A DNA stretch of 64,000 nucleotides from an uncultured bacterium (GTDB lineage: Bacteria > Planctomycetota > UBA1135 > GCA-002686595), in contig CALSNU010000001.1 of NCBI GenBank assembly GCA_943787795.1, forward strand, positions 1,280,001 to 1,344,000, read 5' to 3'. Within the stretch, counting starts at the first letter, position 1. Each line of letters opens with the position of its first letter. The notes beneath the pieces are model-generated. The model was not told the DNA's origin and did no database searches. It saw only the letters and a program-made list of their open reading frames with translations. A program made the translations under genes and the position numbers. Shown in pieces: positions 60,083 to 64,000 of this stretch.

Positions 60083-62566
60083 TCAGCGAGTCAGCCGCGG
60101 ATTGAGGAATCGAACGGGCGTGTCGCTCGTGGTCACGCCGATCCGGCCCTCGGAGATCGAGGGGGGGCCGTCGATCTTGCCGATGACCTCGCCGTCGATC
60201 AGGAACCGCGTGGCCTGGAGGCCGACGTCGATCCCCATGGTGAAGGCCTCCCCGGCCTTGAGGCGTGACTTGGCCTTGAACTGCGGATCGAACTTGGGCT
60301 GGCGGGTTTGCTCGTCGAAGTCGAGGATGCCGGCCCGGCCGCTCTTGCCCAGGCGCACATAGCTCTTCTCCCCCGAGAGGCTCCCCGCGTACGTGAGACC
60401 CAGCAGCGGGAAGTCCCCGGTGTCCTCCACGATCACGTCCACCTCGAACAGGAACGTCTTGGGCGGCTCCTGGATCAAGGAGGCGGTGGCGTAGCCGCCG
60501 CCGCAGCGGAGCCCCGTGGTCCCGTCCTCCTCGGCGAACGCGTCCCAGTTGCCCGAGACCTCCCAGCCCTCAAGGTCCGAGGGGATGGCCAGCCGGCGCA
60601 CCCGGCGCACGTCGACCCCGGAGGTCTCCATGATCTCGTCCGCTTGGGCGAGCAGGGCTCCCTCGCCGCCCACCACGTCGCTCGCGAGCTTGAGGGTCTG
60701 CAGGGCGACGCGAGGATACCCCGCCTCCAACCAGCCGTCGGCCTCTGCCTTGGCGGCCTCAACGAAGGACGAGTAGCTATCCTCGATGAGCTCGCCGAGG
60801 GACCGGTTGACCTTCTTGATGCCGGCGAGCCCTGCGGCGGCCGCCTCGGCCCCCGTGCCGTCGTAGTGGGCGAGGGCGGCGTCGCGGTCCGCCTGGGCGC
60901 GGCCCACGGAGACCAGCCGGCGGAAGGCGAAGAGGGCCGCGTCCTGGCTCTTGAGCTGGGTGAGCGTCTCGCCGAGCAGGCGCAGGGCCAGGGGGTCGTC
61001 GGGGCGCTTGCGGAGCGCCCAGCGGAGGGAGTCCACCGCGTACTCGAGCTTCTCGAACTCGAGCTGCTTCTTGGCGCGCGCGATCAGGACGTCGGCCTGC
61101 TCGGGGCCGCCGAACTCGATGCGAGAGAGGTTGAGGATCCACTCCTGCCAGCGCCGCTCGAGGTCCTCGTAGCTCTCCACCCCGGGGAGCTCGGCCTCCT
61201 CCACGAAGTACTTCTTGAAGCGCTTGCCGACGTTCTTCTCCTCACCGGAGTCGGTGTAGGAGAGCATGAAGTCCTTGTAGATCGGCTCGTACACGCGCTC
61301 GCACGAGTCGTTCTCGTAGTTCATGCAGAAGTACACCATCGCCCACCCAAACGAGTAGTGGGACCCCGGGTACGACCCCGGCGCGAAGTACGTCACCACG
61401 TCCCAAAGGTCCACCGCGTCAGGGTTGGGGTCGAGCTTGTCCACGCTGACCGGGTCGCTGGGGTTTCTGCCGCCGATCTGAATGACGACGCTGCGCAGGC
61501 GCGATTCGGGGATGCGGTTGGTCTCGACGAAGCCGCCCGGGAGGATCGCTGCGCCCTCGAAGTAGCTGGCCGTCCCCTCGTTGAGCCAGGTCGGGATGAG
61601 CGTCTTCCAGACCATGCGCGTGAACTGGTGGGAGGCCTCGTGGTACAGCGTCGTCCAGAGCTCCTCGATGGACTGCTTCATGAACCCCTCGGCGGTGCGG
61701 GGGTCATAGGTGCTCACGCTGTTCTCGGAGGGGCTGTAGAACCCGGCGACGGTGTCACCCGTGCCCGGGTTGTACGTGTCGAACTCGCCCCTCGTCTTCC
61801 AGACCCGGACCTCGCAGCGGCGCATGCTCCCACCGCCCTTCTTGTAGTCGAAGATCTTCCGGTAGAACTGGTTCATCTGCTCCATGGCGCTGAGGATGGC
61901 CTCGGCCATCTCCACGCCCATGTTGGTCTGGATGGTGTAGTTCTTGCCCTTGAGCTCGAAGGCGTCCTCCCACTCCACGTGCTTGGCGTCGATGCGTGCG
62001 ATCTCGCGGGCGCTGCGGCGCTGGCGGTTCTTGACCTTGACGGGGACCCCCGACTCCAGCATCGCCTGGACGGCCTTCTTGTTCTTGAAGAGCTTCTCGA
62101 GCTTGGCGGTGGCGGCCGCGCCGTACGGGGTGCCATCGAGGCCGCCGAGCATGTCCGCGGAGTTGGCGTAGAGCTTGCCGCTCTGGCAGATCTTCGCCAG
62201 CTGCATGATGCTCTTGGCGTACGCGCCGGTGGCGGTGCCGAGGGACGGCAGCTCCACCCCGATCTCCTCACGCAGGGCCTTGAGGCGCTTGTCCACGGTC
62301 TTGGCCTGCCGGCTGTCCGCGGCCATCAGCTTGGCCAGCTCGGCGTACCACAGCGCCGCGTCGTCGTCGTCCTCGCTGAACGCCGCCTCGGCGGCGGCCA
62401 TGAGGAGCTTGGGGTCGTCAGGCGCCGACTGGAGCGCGCGCTCGGCCTCCTCGAGGTCATCGGCGGAGGCCGCGGGCAGCAGGCCGAGTCCGATCGTGGC
62501 GGTGACGAACGCGGCGGCGGCGGTCGCCGGGAGGTGGCGCAGGTGCGTGCGTAGGGAGAGCTTCAT
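60083..62566 (-). CDS. Secreted zinc-metallopeptidase-like protein (DUF1570/peptidase MA-like) with TPR-like region and C-terminal beta-sandwich
   Basis: Signal peptide ending ASA; LYHEASHQF (HExxH, 61628-61642) and PTWLNEGTASYFE; start ATG 62566. Confidence 0.85.
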   Translation of the reverse strand: MKLSLRTHLRHLPATAAAAFVTATIGLGLLPAASADDLEEAERALQSAPDDPKLLMAAAEAAFSEDDDDAALWYAELAKLMAADSRQAKTVDKRLKALREEIGVELPSLGTATGAYAKSIMQLAKICQSGKLYANSADMLGGLDGTPYGAAATAKLEKLFKNKKAVQAMLESGVPVKVKNRQRRSAREIARIDAKHVEWEDAFELKGKNYTIQTNMGVEMAEAILSAMEQMNQFYRKIFDYKKGGGSMRRCEVRVWKTRGEFDTYNPGTGDTVAGFYSPSENSVSTYDPRTAEGFMKQSIEELWTTLYHEASHQFTRMVWKTLIPTWLNEGTASYFEGAAILPGGFVETNRIPESRLRSVVIQIGGRNPSDPVSVDKLDPNPDAVDLWDVVTYFAPGSYPGSHYSFGWAMVYFCMNYENDSCERVYEPIYKDFMLSYTDSGEEKNVGKRFKKYFVEEAELPGVESYEDLERRWQEWILNLSRIEFGGPEQADVLIARAKKQLEFEKLEYAVDSLRWALRKRPDDPLALRLLGETLTQLKSQDAALFAFRRLVSVGRAQADRDAALAHYDGTGAEAAAAGLAGIKKVNRSLGELIEDSYSSFVEAAKAEADGWLEAGYPRVALQTLKLASDVVGGEGALLAQADEIMETSGVDVRRVRRLAIPSDLEGWEVSGNWDAFAEEDGTTGLRCGGGYATASLIQEPPKTFLFEVDVIVEDTGDFPLLGLTYAGSLSGEKSYVRLGKSGRAGILDFDEQTRQPKFDPQFKAKSRLKAGEAFTMGIDVGLQATRFLIDGEVIGKIDGPPSISEGRIGVTTSDTPVRFLNPRLTR

Positions 62567-62857
62567 GGTCGATGAACAGATGCCCGCGCGAGCCGGGCAG
62601 GGGTCGAGGCCGCGCGTCTGAGCCGGCCGGCGAGGCGGAGCTGCAAGGGCGCGACGTGAGGCAGAGGTGACGAGCACATCGGGAAGTGCTGGGGACGACT
62701 CCGACGGACTCGGGCATTGAAGCAAGCAGGATTCGGGGGGGCAGCGAATAATCGCAGACCCCGCACAAGGATATTGGAGGTCGACGCAAGCGCTTCGTAT
62801 CGCACCCCCTTCTCCATAGACTTACAGCCATCCCCGGCAGCCCTCCGCCCCGCGCCT

Positions 62858-64000
62858 ATGTCCCAGTCGATCGAGACGGTCCTCACCGAGGATCGAAGCT
62901 TCCCGCCGTCCGATGTGTTTCGAGAGGCGGCGCGCCTTTCCGACCGGCCGACCTACGAGCAGATGTGGCGCCGGTCGATCGATGACCCCGAGGGGTTCTT
63001 CGGCGAGGTCGCCCGCGAGTTGCCGTGGCTGGAGCCGTTCACTTCTGTCCTGGATTGGTCCGGGGCCCCGGTGGCCCGCTGGTTCGAGGGAGGCAAGCTC
63101 AACATCTCCCACGTCTGCCTGGACCAGCACGTGGAGGCCGGGCGCGGGGGCGAGGTCGCGCTGATCTGGGAGGGGGAGCCGGGGGACGCGCGGACGTTCA
63201 CATACGCCGAGCTGCTCGCCGAGGTTTGCCGCTTCGCCAACGTGCTCAAGGCCCGCGGGGTGGGCAAGGGCGACCGCGTCGCGATTTACATGCCCATGAT
63301 CCCCGAGGCGGCCATGGCGATGCTGGCCTGCGCCAGGATCGGAGCGATCCACTCCGTGGTCTTCGGGGGATTCAGCGCGCAGTCGCTCACCGACCGGATC
63401 GAGGACGGCGGCTGTACCGCGGTCATCACCGCGGACGGCGGCTGGCGACGCGGCTCGATCCTGGCCCTCAAGGACGCGGTGGACGACGCGGTCGTGGGGC
63501 AGGCCCAGGTGCACACGGTCCTCTGCGTCCGCCGCACCGAGCAGAGCGTTGCCTGGAGTGAGGGGCGCGACGTTTGGCTCCACGAGGCGCTCGAGGGCGT
63601 CAGCGACGTGTGCGACCCGGAGCCCATGGACTCCGAAGACGTGCTGTTCCTGCTCTACACCTCGGGCTCCACGGGGAAGCCCAAGGGAATCGTTCACACC
63701 ACGGGCGGCTACATCGTCGGCGCGTACCTCTCGACCCGGTACGTCTTCGACCTGCGGCCTGGGGACACCTACTGGTGCACCGCGGACGTGGGGTGGATCA
63801 CGGGGCACAGCTACATCGTCTATGGCCCGCTCGCCAACGGCGCTCGAATGGTCATGTACGAGGGGGCGCCGAACGCGCCCCATGAGGGCCGGTTCTGGGA
63901 GCTCTGTGAGAAGCACCGGGTGAGCATCTTCTACACGGCGCCCACCGCCATCCGGGCGTTCATGAAGTGGGGGGATGAGCACGTGGAGAAGTTCGACCTC
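62858..64000 (+). CDS. acs: Acetyl-CoA synthetase (3'-truncated by the window edge)
   Basis: Translated from sequence: SIDDPEGFF, WFEGGKLN, ALIWEGEPG, RIGAIHSVVFGGFS, LYTSGSTGKPKG, WCTADVGWITGHSY, YTAPTAIR. Confidence 0.97.
   Translation, partial: MSQSIETVLTEDRSFPPSDVFREAARLSDRPTYEQMWRRSIDDPEGFFGEVARELPWLEPFTSVLDWSGAPVARWFEGGKLNISHVCLDQHVEAGRGGEVALIWEGEPGDARTFTYAELLAEVCRFANVLKARGVGKGDRVAIYMPMIPEAAMAMLACARIGAIHSVVFGGFSAQSLTDRIEDGGCTAVITADGGWRRGSILALKDAVDDAVVGQAQVHTVLCVRRTEQSVAWSEGRDVWLHEALEGVSDVCDPEPMDSEDVLFLLYTSGSTGKPKGIVHTTGGYIVGAYLSTRYVFDLRPGDTYWCTADVGWITGHSYIVYGPLANGARMVMYEGAPNAPHEGRFWELCEKHRVSIFYTAPTAIRAFMKWGDEHVEKFDL

Overview
This is a very GC-rich bacterial chromosomal segment. It is most likely Planctomycetota, inferred from the DUF1570-type HExxH protein, the multi-YHS/TRASH secreted protein, the PurS-PurL fusion and the Wza C-terminus. 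Left part: partial moaC, accB-accC, a lipoprotein, UDP-glucuronate decarboxylase and glmS. A ~21 kb exopolysaccharide/glycosylation locus follows (rmlD, rmlB, wza-like, chain-length determinant, O-antigen-ligase-like protein, AsnB-like amidotransferase, GT4, polysaccharide deacetylase, two GT2s, FemAB-like protein). Several of these resemble the accessory families of proteobacterial PEP-CTERM/exosortase-A systems. Inside the locus, on the opposite strand, lies a three-gene operon in the order of prsK-prsR-prsT: kinase-like protein, sigma54 activator, giant TPR protein. The kinase-like protein and the activator receiver domain both appear to have lost their phosphorelay residues, which makes this the most unusual element seen. 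The rest is mostly housekeeping: purL, accA, an ECF sigma/anti-sigma pair, a TPR lipoprotein, NFACT/RqcH, ndk, a complete F1Fo ATP synthase operon, aspS, infC, a four-domain YHS/TRASH protein, rpmI-rplT-pheS-pheT, a DUF2004-like protein, a sodium:solute symporter, a B12 radical SAM enzyme, a ~1.1 kb structured intergenic region with a small ORF, a secreted HExxH protein and partial acs. I recognised no rRNA, tRNA, CRISPR array or transposase. All family assignments come from motif recognition by eye; no database searches were run.
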